Assembly: GCA_050084515.1 (NCBI GenBank)
Contig: CM114271.1
Coordinates: 18,538,001 to 18,602,000, forward strand
From: Blasia pusilla
Taxonomy: Eukaryota
DNA length: 64,000 nt
Reading direction: 5' to 3'
The position numbers and the translations under genes are program-made. The notes beneath the pieces were generated by a model. The model was not told where the DNA came from. It ran no database searches and worked only from the letters and a program-made list of their open reading frames with translations. The first letter of the stretch is position 1. The number at the start of each line of letters is the position of its first letter. Positions 11,240 to 25,290 of the stretch are shown one piece after another.

Positions 11240-14200
11240 CTACCTTATCCTAGAGCGGATATGGACCATTGACTTGGTCATTTATGGTTCGTCATGTTAG
11301 GGCCAGTCAAGTCTTGGACGAGGTAGCGGATTAGCTGATTCTCGGTCTTGGTTGTTTTGGGAGATGATGCAGATCTTGCAACACTTGCAGGAGCATCAGT
11401 CTCGTCCTCCAACAAACATTATGGAGAATGTAGCGATTTTGAGCGATTCAAGGTCTCGTGTGTTGACAAGTGCACATCATGTGCGCGCATGAATTGGCCT
11501 GGCAGTTTTGTTGGATGCGGCGAGTGTGGGTTCACAAGCACATTGGCCGCGTCTTTGGTGGACCAATTTGGTGCTACACAAGGTATTGCGGAGGGCATAT
11601 GCGAGAGTGGAGCGCCCCTGTGATTTGTTGGTGGATTTTATATTGGATCTAGGCCGGCAATCACAGGTAGTGAGGCTAGATGCTCGACCGCCATTGACTG
11701 TGGTTAACACGATTGGCAAGCCACGGGCATCCTTTCCCCGATTAGCGAGTTTCTCTACTTCCTATGCATTTAAGGAGGGCGGACCTGCCTTGCTTTGAGA
11801 TGATCAAGTATAGAGGTTGGTGGAGCCAATGAGCGAGCAATGGGATTCCCCACAAGAGTGATGCGAGTATCGTCATTATCAGAGGCATCATGACGTCATG
11901 TCTTGGGTTAGGCAATGGATCTAAACTGCTTGACATGGATTTTCAGCTAAGGAGTAACAGAGTAGTGTCGTTTGAGGATGCGAGACATCACAACTGTTGG
12001 ATTGGTGAGCCCAATGCCTACCAAGACGGTTCAGGATGTGGTTGGGAGCGAGACCTCAAGAGATCGATATACCAAAGGTGATCGGGAGACACACCCTTGG
12101 ACTTTGTGGGATGTTTTTCGGATACGCCAAGAGATGGTAGTCACAACATCGAGCGTGGTTCCGGGGGTGCACATGGAGATCCGATTTTGCAAATGGCTGC
12201 AAGGAAGGAGTCAAGTTCTTTTGACCGAGACGAAGTTGCACCATAGCAACCACCGCCATCCGCGTCAGAGAGTCATACCGTAGTCACGATGGAGACTTGG
12301 GAGCGAGATATGGGCCGTAAGTTGAAAGGAGAAGAGACGGGCCGGATACAACAGTTCCTTAGGAGTTATAAGAGTTGTTTTGCGTTTAGTATGGATGATT
12401 GGGGTATGCTAAAGGGTTTAGGGATCGACATTGAGTTGTTGAGTGACACGTCGATCTTTCGATAAACCTATTGGTACAATGACATGGAGAGGGCTCTGGT
12501 TCAGAGTAGGAGCCAAGACTTGGTTGGAGCAGGACTAGTGGAGATGTACCATGGAGAGTTTATATCTAGCACTATCATGTCCGCCAAGAAGGATGTACAT
12601 GGCAATTGGACGCATAAGCGGATGTGTGGAGATTATCGACCCATCAATCGGCAAACAAAGTTGGATAGGTATGCCATGCCCATTCCTGAGGAGATCTTTG
12701 ATGCTATTGGGTATGCAAAGATCTTCAGTATGTAAGATCTTTGAGTTTAATACCATTCGCTGCCTTTCAGATAGGAGGACAGGTAGAAGACGGTATTTTG
12801 GGGCATCGATCCTCATAGGAAGGATTGCTTATACGAGTGGCTGTACTTACCATTAGGATTAAAGAACGCCTCGGTTAATTTTGAGAGGGTAATGGATAGA
12901 ATCTTGTCAAGTTGGGATGTTCCTAGATGTTATCTTGATGACATTGAAGTCTTTAGTACTGCAGTTGAGGAGCATGAGGACATCTAGAGGAGGTGTACGT
13001 CAAGGGTTTCAGTTTGATTGCGAAGCCGCTGACCTTGCTCACCTTGTTGCACTGGGGGATGAGCATGAGAGAGCAATTTCATATGCTCAAGTAGAGCTTC
13101 ACGTGCGTGCCCATATTGCGATCAAGAGGCGTCTTTTCCTATTGCATACCAATTGGAGCATGTTGGGGCTTGGAGTCGTGCTCACCCAACATGATGTTGA
13201 TGGTAGAGAGTTCATCGTGGCTTACGCTAGTCGCTCGAACAACGCTGCACATTCAAAATATAGCTAGTATGAGGGTGAGTTCTTGGCTGCAGTGTGGATT
13301 GTCCCACATTTTAGATGTTATCTATTCGAAAATCCCTTTACCATCATTACTGATCATCAGCCACTTAAGTGATTGATGGATTCCAGAAGCTTGCAAGGTG
13401 GGCTCTTTTGTTGTAGGAGTATGACTTTGAGGTGGTGCATGAGCCTGGAAGGCTCAACCAAAATGTTGATGGTTTCAACCGTACTGCGTGCCCGAGTGAG
13501 GGAGAGAGGACTAGAGCTCGTTGGCATGGTGAGAGTGATGAGGAGTTGGTGCCAGGATGGCATGCGTCAACCTAGTTGGGCTTGTTGCATTGGCTATGGA
13601 GAGCCTGATTGCTAAGACTTCGATGGCCAGATCTCATGGAGAGTCCTTAGATCTAGAGGCCAAGGTGAGAAGACTAGTGCCTCATCCTTTGCAAAGAGCA
13701 TGTTTGGTGGGTCATGCCCACGAGGAATAGGGTCATTTTGGAGTGAAGCGGACGTACAGCTTGCTCCACATTCAGTATTTGTGGCGAGGCATGTAGAATG
13801 ACGTTCAGTAGTTTGTTACCACATGTATGGTGTGTGATGAAGTTTGAGCATCGTTCAATGCTGCGACTCCACGTTTGCATCCACTTTCGATCATGGGTTT
13901 AGATTATAGATGGACTTTGGATTTTGCATGACCTTTGCCTTTTGGAGCACCATAGTCGCTATGTGTTGGTGATCGTCGAGCACTTCTCCAAGTGGATAGA
14001 GTTGGTTGCATTGCCCAACAAAGCGAGTGAGGGAGTAGCATATGCCTTCCTAGATCGCATGCTAAGTTATTACGGCAGACTAGCTAAGGTGTAGACATAT
14101 TAGGGTACAAAGTTCCGCAGGGAGTTTTAGGCCTTGTGTGATGAGGCACTAATCGACCACCACACTACTTCACGAGATGATCCTCACACGGATGGACTAG

Positions 14201-15220
14201 TGGAGCGGGTTGTCCAAACAGTGGAGAGAGGACTACGCAAGTATGGCTTGCAAAGAGGTCGCCTCAAAGATCGGGACCTCATGTTGGCTTGGTTAGCGAT
14301 GGGATATAGATTCATCATGGTGGCATCCTTAGCGTCTTTCTCACCATACTTGCTTTTGTATGGCGGAGAGCCAGATTTACCTGCAACCATTCGTTGAAAT
14401 GTTAGTGACGTTTTGAACCTTGAAGACTTTCATGTATGGATGCGAGCATGTTCTTAAAAGGCTTAGTTGTTTCCGAGAGTGATGCTCATGGCGTTTAAGA
14501 ACTTGGCAATTGCACAACATTGGGATACATTGAGGTATGCGACAATTCAGGGAGGTATTTTAGGTCATTATCATTACTATTTTAGGTAGGTATCATTTTG
14601 AGTATATGATCCACTTTCTATTTTTGGTAAATGGGCCTTCACCTCCTACATCAGGTCAAGAGCCAAGTAGTTGACTTGCGAGCATAGGTTACCCTGGAGA
14701 GAGCTTGGGAGAAAGGAGGATTGTTCCTCAAGGAGAGATAGCTTGAGAGCTCAGTCTCTCTTTGTTTAACCTCTTGGCATGAGTCGACGGAGCGATGGTC
14801 TTGTTTGCCTTCTGTGTGTAACCTAAGCCTCAATAGGAGAGTGGGTTTGGTTTGACATTGAGAGAGACATGTGAGAGTGCACACATTTAAAAGCTATGGT
14901 GTTGAGAGAGATTGGATCTTATTTTACGAAGAGAGAATGAGTGAATGAAAGAGCTTTCTGGGAGAGCTCGCTGGTTGCTTGATGTTCGGTGCAGGTTGGG
15001 CATTGTGTTCCCCGCTTCATGGCTCATAGGAGTGCTCACTTGAGCAAGAGCCTTATGAGATTGGTCTTTTGCTTTACTGAGTTGTTGTGAGGGAGCGTGG
15101 CACGCGGAAGCGCTCCCCAAATTTTGATAAGAATTGAGTACTGGTGTGGATTGCTCCATGTCGGTGCTCTCGGGAGCACCATGTAGCTTGATGATTTATG
15201 TTCTCACAAGTTTAACATTT
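11240..15220 (+). mobile_element. 5'-truncated Gypsy family A copy: DNMT (motifs IV-X), RT, RNase H, integrase, partial 3' LTR
   Basis: IDLVIYGSSC*G (~11268-11304), DSRSWLFWE, MENVA (~11421), GSQAHWPRLWWTNL, HVLGLGNG/HVLG*AMD (~11900), RMCGDYRPINR, YASRSNN, DGLVERVVQTVERGL. LTR-like sequence 14570-15220 matches 28670-29020. Confidence 0.88.
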
Positions 15221-16699
15221 TTGTTGTCTCTTTCTACTTTTGTGTAGTAGAAAGAGACATTGGGCTTTACAAAAATCTCTATCCCTTTTTACTCAAATGT
15301 CCGATTCACAATATTTGTTCACGCTATCGTAGATCTTGAAGCTTTCCACAATGTGCTAGAGATGGTGCGCAATTTTGAGATGCAAGCAAAAAGTTCTGGT
15401 CGACCTTGAATAACTGCCATTGTAAGGCGATTTTAAGGATTAAATTGTTCAAACACTTAATCAGCCATCGCCCTCAACAGTCCACCATCAATGGTCAACA
15501 ATCACCTTCAATGATAAACCATCACCATCCATGGTCAATGGTCATCATCAATAGTACATCGTCCTTGTCAACGGTCAACCGTCCACCTTCCATCATCGGC
15601 TGCCGCCGCCGCCTAGTGCTACTTAGAGCCGTGTTCGGCCGTTGTCCACCCTTGGTTGCCATTGCCTCCATTACGGAGTGATCGGACTTCCATGACTACC
15701 GTTGATTCTCTAACTTGCGCCGCCACCAGGAACTTTGTTTTGGCCTTCATGGTCATCGCAGTTCCGTTATCAACCAGTGACGGCTCGTGACCTCGAGTTA
15801 TGGTGTCTGAGTTTTCATTCCAAGATGCTTTATTTTGATTGGTAGCATCTTAACGACGATCGAGTATTGTGCCCTAACGCTCGTAGCTGCAAGGCGCCGC
15901 CAATTGCCACGCCGTGCCGCTGGTAGCCGCACCACACCATCTCGATCTCCAAGCCGCTCCTTTACTAAGGAGAAGAGCATGTGAGTTGCTCATTGAGGAG
16001 GGTATGCCCCCAAGTTCCGCACCCTTTTTTTGAGTGTCGTACTATTTGTAGCAGTTATGTGCCGCCAATGCCACACCAAACCGTTGGACCTATACCGCAT
16101 ATTGAGAAGGTTAGAGCAATGTCAGTACGAGAGGAGTACGGATTTCAGATTGGAGAAGTTGTCTTCATGACCAAGTTGGGTCAAGATTTGGAGTCGCCAA
16201 AGAGCGACATTGACATTCATGTCTCTTACCCTGGAGGTGTGAGGGATTTTTCGAGTATTGGGAAGTTATTTGGAATATTGGGTTTCGTGCTCATGTTGAG
16301 AGCATCGATGATGTATGGGTTTAGGGGACATAGATCTGTGTGGGATGTCTAGAGTTGAGGATGGATTTGTCGATGAGACGATAGATAAATTGATTTGCTG
16401 CACCACGCTCCTTTTGCACAACACATGCCTCAATGAGAGTGTAGATTGCGTGGCGCATGTTTAGCTTGAGAGATTGCGGGATTACTCACAAGATTGAGAG
16501 TGATCATGTGAGAAGGGCACAAGGGCCATTACAGCATCTTTTTGGGATGTTGAGAGGCAAGGTAGTGTACCTGAGAGTAACTCTTGAGGGTTTATCCAAA
16601 GAGATACGAGGTTTCGAGGATGTCCGTATGAGAAACCACCTCGATCTCCTTCTATGTCGTCCTCAAACCAGGGGGGCGTGTAGAGGAGTGTGTTAGTGA

Positions 16700-17420
16700 T
16701 CCAACGTACACATTGAGTGGTCTTACCAGTTGGGATTACGAGATGGACGTTTGGGATAGAAGACCGCATAGGCTTTCGGATCCTGTAGGCACTATAGAGC
16801 TACAAGACTTCATTGCAAATTTTAGGAGTTGGTGTAACTCACAAGAGGCTAAGAACTCTAGAGAGTTCCTAGTCCCTTGGATAATTACCAAGAGTTGTCC
16901 TACATAATTGCCTTGGAGATTGAGGCATGGCGACTCTACTATGACCCACACTATGTGTCATGGACAAAGCCATTCCTAGATGAGGAGGAGGAGTCATGAG
17001 AGGCTACTCCCTCTTGCACTAGTGATGTTTTAGGAGGGGTCACTCGTCCTGGTTCACTTGCACCATCTAGTCGGGTTCGTCCCAAGTTCAGCCCCGTGGT
17101 TAAGTCCTTTGCTCAGTTGAGGGCGAGCTACTAAGGGTACGCACAGAGAAGTTGCAGAGTGTTCACGACTTCCAGAGGGTTTGCGTGAGGCTTACACTCG
17201 CGTACGCCGATTCATCAACGTCAGTCAGGGAGTGAAAGAGGCTCAGGCTATCCAGTCATGGTACGGGATGCTCGACCGGACCTTACGAACACGGGTGCAA
17301 GAGGGGATGCTTCTTATGAATACCTCCCCTACATTGAGAGATGTTTTTAGGATGGCCAAGAACAGTGAGCGCAACATGGCGGAGGAGAGCGTAGCCACCA
17401 TGGGATCTGAGCAAGAGTAG
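16700..17420 (+). pseudogene. Retrotransposon gag fragment
   Basis: ELQDFIANFRSWC and LREAYTRVRRFINVSQGVKEAQAIQSWYGMLD resemble a Gypsy capsid region; family assignment is uncertain. Confidence 0.5.
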
Positions 17421-17629
17421 TCATGATTTTCTGCACCACCAATATAGTAAAGTGGACTCGGAGATAGGTTGACAGTGGCACCACGAGCTCAGAGAGGATA
17501 CCAAGAGGCTGTGCCACATAGACGTGTGCCTTGCAATCTCTTCTAGCATGTCTTAGAACCTATGCCATGCGACGCGTGGCATGGGTAGTAACGAGGCATT
17601 TTGGATTAGGACCATGGAGTGGACCGTGC

Positions 17630-18000
17630 GATGCATAATCCCCTCACAGATCCTTACTAGTTTGCTACTGTTATGGATCCCTTATGAGTATTTAAAGAGA
17701 AGGGAGTTAGCTTCAAGGGTTCACTACCTTTAACTTAATTTCTCGAATTTTCCTTGTCACTCTTGAATGGATGATATTAGACTTCCTTGCTCTTCTTATG
17801 AGAGTGGATTATCCCTCTTGGGATAATCATTTCTTAAGGAGTCATGATCTATTCTTAAGGAGTAAGAAAGTCTGATAAGTGTGGAGTGGAGTGGACTATT
17901 TTTTAGAGATTTGTTATAATAGTTCCTTCTCTCATTATCGAGATAATATATGGATTTAGACTCGGCTAGTCTTCCAATGAGAGTCGATTATCCCTCTTTG
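17630..18000 (+). mobile_element. Fragment related to the family-B Gypsy LTR
   Basis: GGATCCCTTATGAGTATTTAAAGAG...TTCAAGGGTTCA is similar to the reverse complement of 41890-42040. Confidence 0.6.
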
Positions 18001-18569
18001 GAGATCAAAGCGGCCATAATTGATTCTTGCAAAGTTAGAGATTAACAAGTGTTGACTGTTTAAGGGAATTTATCTTCCATGATTTTGACAGAATATGGGT
18101 ATATCGTAACATCTATCTATGATCTAAATTTGTGTAGGGAAAGCAAGTGAGGATGATAAATGATGTCCGTTAATCATGTATACATATAGAATTCAAGTGG
18201 CTTTATTATCCTAGTTACCTTTTCATACCCCATTTCACCTAAAGGTCCTCTTTGTTGATATGCATCGGTTCCTCATTATATAGTTTACCTCTTTAGGAAG
18301 GCATTCATGAATGAAAAAATGCAATCCCCAACTTCGTTGATACTTACTCGTTTAAACCTATAAAAGGACTTATGATCGTACTTGGTATGTCCTTATTCAA
18401 AGTCCTAAGGATATAAACACGCCTCCTTTAGTAGGGTGTGATACTATGTGTGATATTTCATTCTCTATAAAGGCAAAGAAGTTAAGACAGATTACATAGT
18501 TATGAATTTTGCAGTTAGGTGCTCTAAAAAAGTTATCGACTTGACACAACCATTTGTGATTCTTATCAT

Positions 18570-19350
18570 AAAAGAATGGTGTTGTGCGCATACACATTAC
18601 TACACAATCCATATTTTTTGTCACATCTACATACAACACAACATTGATCTTTCCAACACATGGGTTGATCCATCCATAAACCAAACAAACTCACACATAT
18701 CCATCGAGAGCCCACAACAAAAATCAAAGTAAAAAAGGGTGAAACGGCCTAAAACTCCGCTCATATATCAACATCATCATATCGAGCAATATTCATTCTC
18801 TATTATAAGGGAATCCAGAGGTTAGCACCCTAGTTCCTTCAGACCCAAACACACACACACACACATGCAAAAGAGGTGCTCCTAAGGCTCAAAATGAGAA
18901 AATTGGCTTGAGAAAGCCATCTCTCCCTCTCTTATATCCTTGGGAATAGCCAAAAGGCCCTTCCCCCAAAAATAGCCCTCCCAAGGATAAACTCAGTGCA
19001 CAAGTTACAGGGTGGCCTTTGACTCAGGTAACACGTCACTTGATCGATCAAGACCAAAATAGGGAAATTGCCATAAATCACATTCCCGATTTAATAGACT
19101 TGTCGCCAACCTCATTGGACATCTCGAGACGAAGTTACAATGATGATAGTCCGAAGCGGTCTATGCCATCGCCATGATAGATTTATACTTATTGGCCTCT
19201 AAGATGTGATATGTATTGTTGTGCATACATATCATTATACAATCCACGTCGCTAGTCACATCAACACACAACACAACACTAATCTTCTCAACACATGAGT
19301 TGATCCTTCCATTAAAAAAAAAAACTCATATATCTATATCGGGACCCCAT
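18570..19350. repeat. Dispersed LTR-like repeat with an internal duplication
   Basis: 18580-18720 is repeated at 19215-19350, and 18870-19030 is repeated at 52878-53030. Confidence 0.5.
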
Positions 19351-19449
19351 AATCGGCCCTCTAGTTGGAAGTTGGCTCCCCCTAACTCTAGCTAACACAC
19401 ACATATATACCCGAGATGATCTACTATCCTATACACATCTAGCATCATT

Positions 19450-20900
19450 GGTGCCGGCGCCCCGCAACACTACAATACTTCAGCAACCCTCCGTGTTGAC
19501 CCCTGCAAAGAGATCTTATACTCTCGTACCCTACTCCAAATGCTAATACTTTACAGGTGTGGTATATCAAGTTTCCACTCCAAGAGCACGACAATCACTT
19601 GACTATGTCTGTTTCAAGACATAGGCACATCTCCACGCCTGCCTCACGAGCTCCACGACGTGCCTCATGTCGTTTCTCAGGTCCTACCACATTCGAGAAA
19701 CGATCCGTGTTGCGATGGACCATGTCGTCCAACTCTCTACATATATCCCTGTCCTTGTTCGCGATCTTGTCATGTGACTTGTTGTCTAATGATGACGATC
19801 CAACCACTGATGGAAGTCAAGGTGATTCCTCACGAGAAAATTTTTGATACCTTTTGCCACTCCGTCTCACTCCACTATCGCTGCTCCCACTACCCCGTTC
19901 TACTAAACCTTGTTCTATTATCTTGATGAGAACCCGCTCTAACTAGCTCAAGCACTCAAACTCACTAGCTCATAAACTCTAATGGTTATATCGTGAGAGC
20001 TCAACCGTCTTTACGCACACTCTATACTGAGGCTCATCATGGGCTTCTCGAACTTACTCACCTAAGCTCTAGACACTCTTAGGTCATACACGCAACCCCT
20101 ACTAACAAACTGCCATATATCCACTAACATATTATACATGTATGGTGACAACACTGGTCACCATCGCTTCACACATCTAGCACCAACAACTACTAGATAT
20201 CGAACACTCTGAATCACACAAGATACGTATGAGAAAAGGGACTCAAATGGATTACCTATACACGCCCGCCAAGCTATTGCATCGTCAAAACTCACTCCTC
20301 CATGTAGTACGGAAACCTCCGCAACACAATCATCTCCTCGCACAACACGTCAATCCTCTTGTCAACAAATACAGACTATCCTTCAGCATTGGCCCTTTGA
20401 TCTCCATCACTTACACGCCTTTGGACACCATTTCAACTCCAATCTCCTTAGTACAAGAGGACCAACCGTCCGTCAAGACTCTAAAAAGTCAATAATCCCC
20501 ATAGCAAATCACAACCTTCCACTGCAAAGTACCATGTCCCAAAAAATCTCCTACTAAGTTGACCAAATCATTGTGAAATCAACCACATCCATTCCCTAAG
20601 CGGGTTAGCCCCTAACCATGTAGCTACTTGGCTACTACGGTTTCTAACAAGGTACCTGTCTATTTTTTTGTGACCTCTGGCTCTTCCGTCCAACAACTAG
20701 AACCCGGTGCCTACCAGACGCTCTACCTTACGACCTTCTAGCCTCCACGTGTGGCGCTTCTTGACCCGCATCTTCTCTGGAGCCCCTTCAAAGTTTTCGA
20801 CCTATTTTCGGGCCAACAAGTATGAATATTTGGTAATATGGAAGGGCTACCAGGTGAAGGAGGCAACTTGGATTGCGGAGGCGGATTTGGAACACGCGCC
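19450..20900 (+). mobile_element. Heavily decayed chromovirus-like pol 3' remnant ending in a chromodomain
   Basis: KYEYLVIWKGYQVKEATWIAEADLEHAP (~20818-20900) is a chromodomain signature (YLVxWxGY...ATW). The upstream sequence is too decayed to read confidently. Confidence 0.6.
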
Positions 20901-21207
20901 TCATCGCCCTATGTGGGCTACCCTCCAAGGTGGCACTCCTCTAGTTTTCGCTACACCTTTCCTAATGGAGCAGAAACCATGCCTTCTCCTTTTCCTTTGA
21001 GCTCCTTAGCTTTGGTACGCCCAACTTCCGTCCTCATCCTTTCCACACACTTGGAGCCCACCTTACTCCCCCTTTACTCCTCCTACATTTATTCTCTATG
21101 GACACGCCCCCTATGCGGGGCGGCTCCCTTCACCCCGGTTGTCCCCTAGTGGCTTCATTTGAGCCTTACTCTATCTCCTTCTCCGACCTTGCCTCCTCAT
21201 CGCACGG

Positions 21208-22454
21208 TGTCGTGTGGAGAGCCTTTCTTTGAGTAAGGCCGGACCTTCTTAATGCAACAAATGTGGTTGATGCAAGTTAAACTCTATAAGAAGTTATCAT
21301 TTTTCAAAACATAATTATTATATAAGCCCTCTTTTCTCTCATGAGAGGAATCACTAATGGAAGTGCGGAGGTGATGACTTCTTCATAACCTGCAACCTCA
21401 AAATTGGTAACTATAAAGTCCCTGTAAACTATTTTACATTTGAACATAAGGAAAATACCACATCTAGTGTCAAAACCTACTCGAGCAGGCCTATTGACGT
21501 CCATGGATTGCTATATAAGAACATACAAATAACAATCCCATGTTCTTCCGTATGTGATTATAGGAAGAATCACCGGAGTTGGAGATTGCATGAGTTAGTT
21601 CATGAACGCCTCCCCAAAGTGATTAGATAGATAGCGAGTGAAGGAGTATGCGTTAAGGAAAATAAAATCGGGAAAACTCGTACCCTAAGCCTATTTATAC
21701 TTGAAATGCATCCTCTATTATGCTATAGAATGGGATTTGGCGGAGTTGCTGTCCCAAGAGGGATAATCTTCTCTTATTCGGAAAATAACAAGCCAAATTA
21801 TCTACATTTTCTAGTATGATTAAATTCCCCTAACGTGACAAGTCTCTCATCTCCACACATACCACACTCTAGAATCCTCTGAAAAAAATACCATTGTCAA
21901 GTTAGTAACTCAAAAAGGGTAATCCGCTCTCATTTAAAGAGCAAGAAATCCCAAATTCATCCACTCAAGATTGACACGAGAAACTCAAGATGCAAAGTAG
22001 AAGGTGATGAACTGTTGGAGGTCCCTCCTCTTTATATACTCACAAGAGATCTAGAAGAGAAAGAAATAGGGCCTATCTTATTTTGTGCCACATGGCTTCC
22101 TCTCAAGGCTTAGCCAATCACATTTTGACATAAGTAGATAATCTTTGATATCTTCCAAAATATCCTTCTTACTCATTTCATATCTTTTAAATTACCCAAA
22201 CTACCTTAGCCACCAACCAAGACTACTTTTTCTTTTCTTTCATCAAAGTACCAACACCATTAACTTACTTTTATAATCCCATATTTTATTTATTATCTCT
22301 TTTCCTAAAGTTGGGCCCGTACGAATGAGTCATCCTAAAGAGGTTTAAACATGAGAATTTCATTTTCTTAGGGAAATTTACTCAAAACTAATAAAACTTT
22401 CTCTAACACTTAATGATAGAGGATTTTACATACTGGATGATTTACTATTCAACA
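21208..22454 (-). repeat. Family-B LTR (~1.25 kb)
   Basis: TG...CA ends; similar over its length to 41160-42442, and similarity ends exactly at ...ACGACA (21208). Confidence 0.85.
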
Positions 22455-25290
22455 TTCACCCCGTCCAAATTTGCACATCCTCCGATATGTGCTCAAAACA
22501 CCAAGACTTATTTTTTTGTTTCTCTAGACCCATTGAATAGACTGATCAAAATCAATAAATCTCTCATGTCTACGGAAAATCTTTACCCTTTTTCCTGCAA
22601 TGGGCAATTTGAGAATTGTGCCATCTTGCTCACGTTGTTTGTAAGTGGCATTGTAAAAAATGAAGACTACAACGTATGGACCAAACCCAGGACGTGCAAA
22701 TTTCTTAACTGTACTTTGCTGGTTGTCGAGGCTATAGTCGTGCAACATGACTCAATCTCCTTCTCTTATAGGCTCCTTCCAAACTCGATGGGTTTTGTCG
22801 AAGCGCTCCATGTTTCTCAACCTTTGTTCCTTCATTTTGACTAATGCTTGTGCGATATCTTCTTCACGCCGCTCTAGCCGCTGCATTCAAAGTGCGAGGA
22901 GCTCTTCCCTATCAAGCCCAACCTCCTAGACCAAACCCATCCAAGTGGGAATATCTCCTTCTATTGGCATTATTGGCTTTTGATTTGTCATCAACTTTGT
23001 AGGGATGAGGCCTATAATGGTATTGTGAGTGGTTATATCTGCCCATAAAGCAAATAGAAGCAATATAGGCCAATTAGCATAACGATCTCCACACCCTTTT
23101 ACCAATGCTTCAATGATTTACCGATATCCCCTTTGGCTCTCGCCATTTTCCTTCGGACTCATAGAAGTTGTTAATCTCAGTTGCACTCCATTGTCCCATA
23201 ATCTCACTTGCACTCCATATCTCTTGAAGAACTCTCGAGCTTCCTCTGTATTCTATTCGCCTCTATCTACGTGAATTCTCCCGATATTCCCATATCGAAC
23301 AACAATATCTTCTAGAATAAAATGACATATAGACTATGTTGTTTTAGCTCATTAAGCCCTACCTTCAACAAAGTTGAACAATTATTCTCGTGCTATCTCG
23401 TTCCCCAATGACCTAGTGGCATAGCAACTAGATCTACTACTCAATTAAGATGAATAGACAAAGGATACGTGGGTTTAAGTCCATCTCTCACCCTGATTTT
23501 TAATTGAAATTGACATTCAAGACATGACCCAAGATATCTCTCAACATCCTTATATAGGACTTTCCATCAATACCTTTCTTTAATCTTGCTGAAATTTTCC
23601 CAATTATCCGTCTGTCCTTCCCATAAAAATTGTGGAATTCTTTGAGCACATGTATTTTTATCCCATTCTCATCCACCACCCTCAAGGGCATTCCATCTTT
23701 CCTCTTTCTTGTAGTAGATAGCCATACGCCCTATGTCGAATCTCCTTGAAGAACCTTTTTGTCCACCCTCCTACTCTTTGAAGAGTGCTTAAATAGTGCC
23801 CAATTTCTTTTAACTTGCCCTCATACACATTCTCTTTGAAGGCTATATCATCCTCTATGCCACCCTTCTTTCGAGATGACAATTGCCACACATATGCATC
23901 ATCTTCATCTATCTTAGCTTCCTCCTGATTTTTTTCTTGACGAAATCTAGCTTTAGAAAACATGTTTGCTATTGATTTCTCTTTCCCAACTATCTGCCTC
24001 AATTATGCATTCAAGGACCTAACGTGGGCTATCCAACGTAGCATGGCTATATCTTAAGTTGTACAATTTGCAATCATACCTAACAAGGACAAACAATCAA
24101 CCTCAAGCAATACATAGACTCCCATACGATACTCCTTCTTAACTTTCATCGGAGTCACAACTCCCCAAAACTCCCTCTTTACGTGAGGATACCTCCTCTT
24201 TTGTTTTGGGAGTGTATGAGCTCTAAATCTTGTTGCAAATCTTCTTTTTTCTGCATCATCTTGCCCAACTGCCCACCTGATAGCAATATGGACAGTGTCC
24301 ACTCAGATAATAATAGGTCTTCAACATTCGTATCTCATTTGTTGTAGAATCGTTGGCAACTTCAATACCTCCTTCAATTGCATCATTACTACTATTTGCA
24401 TTTTCTCCCAAGTGAACTTCTTCTTCTATCTCAACAGCTCATACAAAGGATCAGATATGTGGCCAAATGAGGAATCCACACCTGATAAAACAAACAAGCT
24501 CCTAAAACCTTCTCACTTCGCTTACATTTTTGCATTTTCCTATCCTCTCGATGCCATCAACTTTTGCTGAATTTGGTTTTCGGCCAAACTCTCCACAAAG
24601 ATGACCCACTATCACAATCTAAGGAATCCCAAAGCTCCACTTTTCTCCAAAAAGAGTAAGATTGACCTCTTCTAGTCTTGTTAGGATCATATCCACATCA
24701 CCAATATGATTAGACACAAATTTTCTACGCCCATCTTTCATAATTATCTCAATTATATCTTCTATTGCGCATCCCTTTATAAGAATATCATCTACAAAAG
24801 GAATAGTTTTCTTGATAATGAACTCTCTCAAGATCATTTTCATTGCACTTTGCATGTGAGCGACAAAATTTATTGCTCGTTGAGGTAATGTGGACATTAA
24901 AGGCCCAAGTGGAGTGCACGTAGTGGTAAAATCTCTACTCTCCATAGATAATTGGAATTGATCATATCCTTAATGCAAATATCTTATCAAATAGATAGCA
25001 CGGGCTACAAAAGCTTGTGCAACTTCATCTATTCTAGGCCACGCTCCAATATTTTGAATAGTAATCTTATTTTCCGGTTGCATATCTTGAATCGGAGAGC
25101 TCATAATTTCCTCGGCACAATGAACCATCGACTCAATTAAGGCCCCATAGATGGCTCTAGCATACCCATATCCATCTTCTCTTTCAATAACTCAATCAAG
25201 TTGGGAATCATAGCTTGTAGTAAAAGTATGGGTTTCAAATCTCAAGGCACGTATAGAATTGTGAAAATTACCATGATTGTCACCATACTT
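21208..25290 (-). mobile_element. 5'-truncated Gypsy family B element: RT, RNase H, integrase, PPT, 3' LTR
   Basis: RT IPFVDDILIKG (~24790), RNase H RRYPHVKREFWGV, integrase GPY/F module KKFARPGFGPYVV (~22690), PPT TTGGACGGGGTGAA next to the LTR. Confidence 0.85.
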
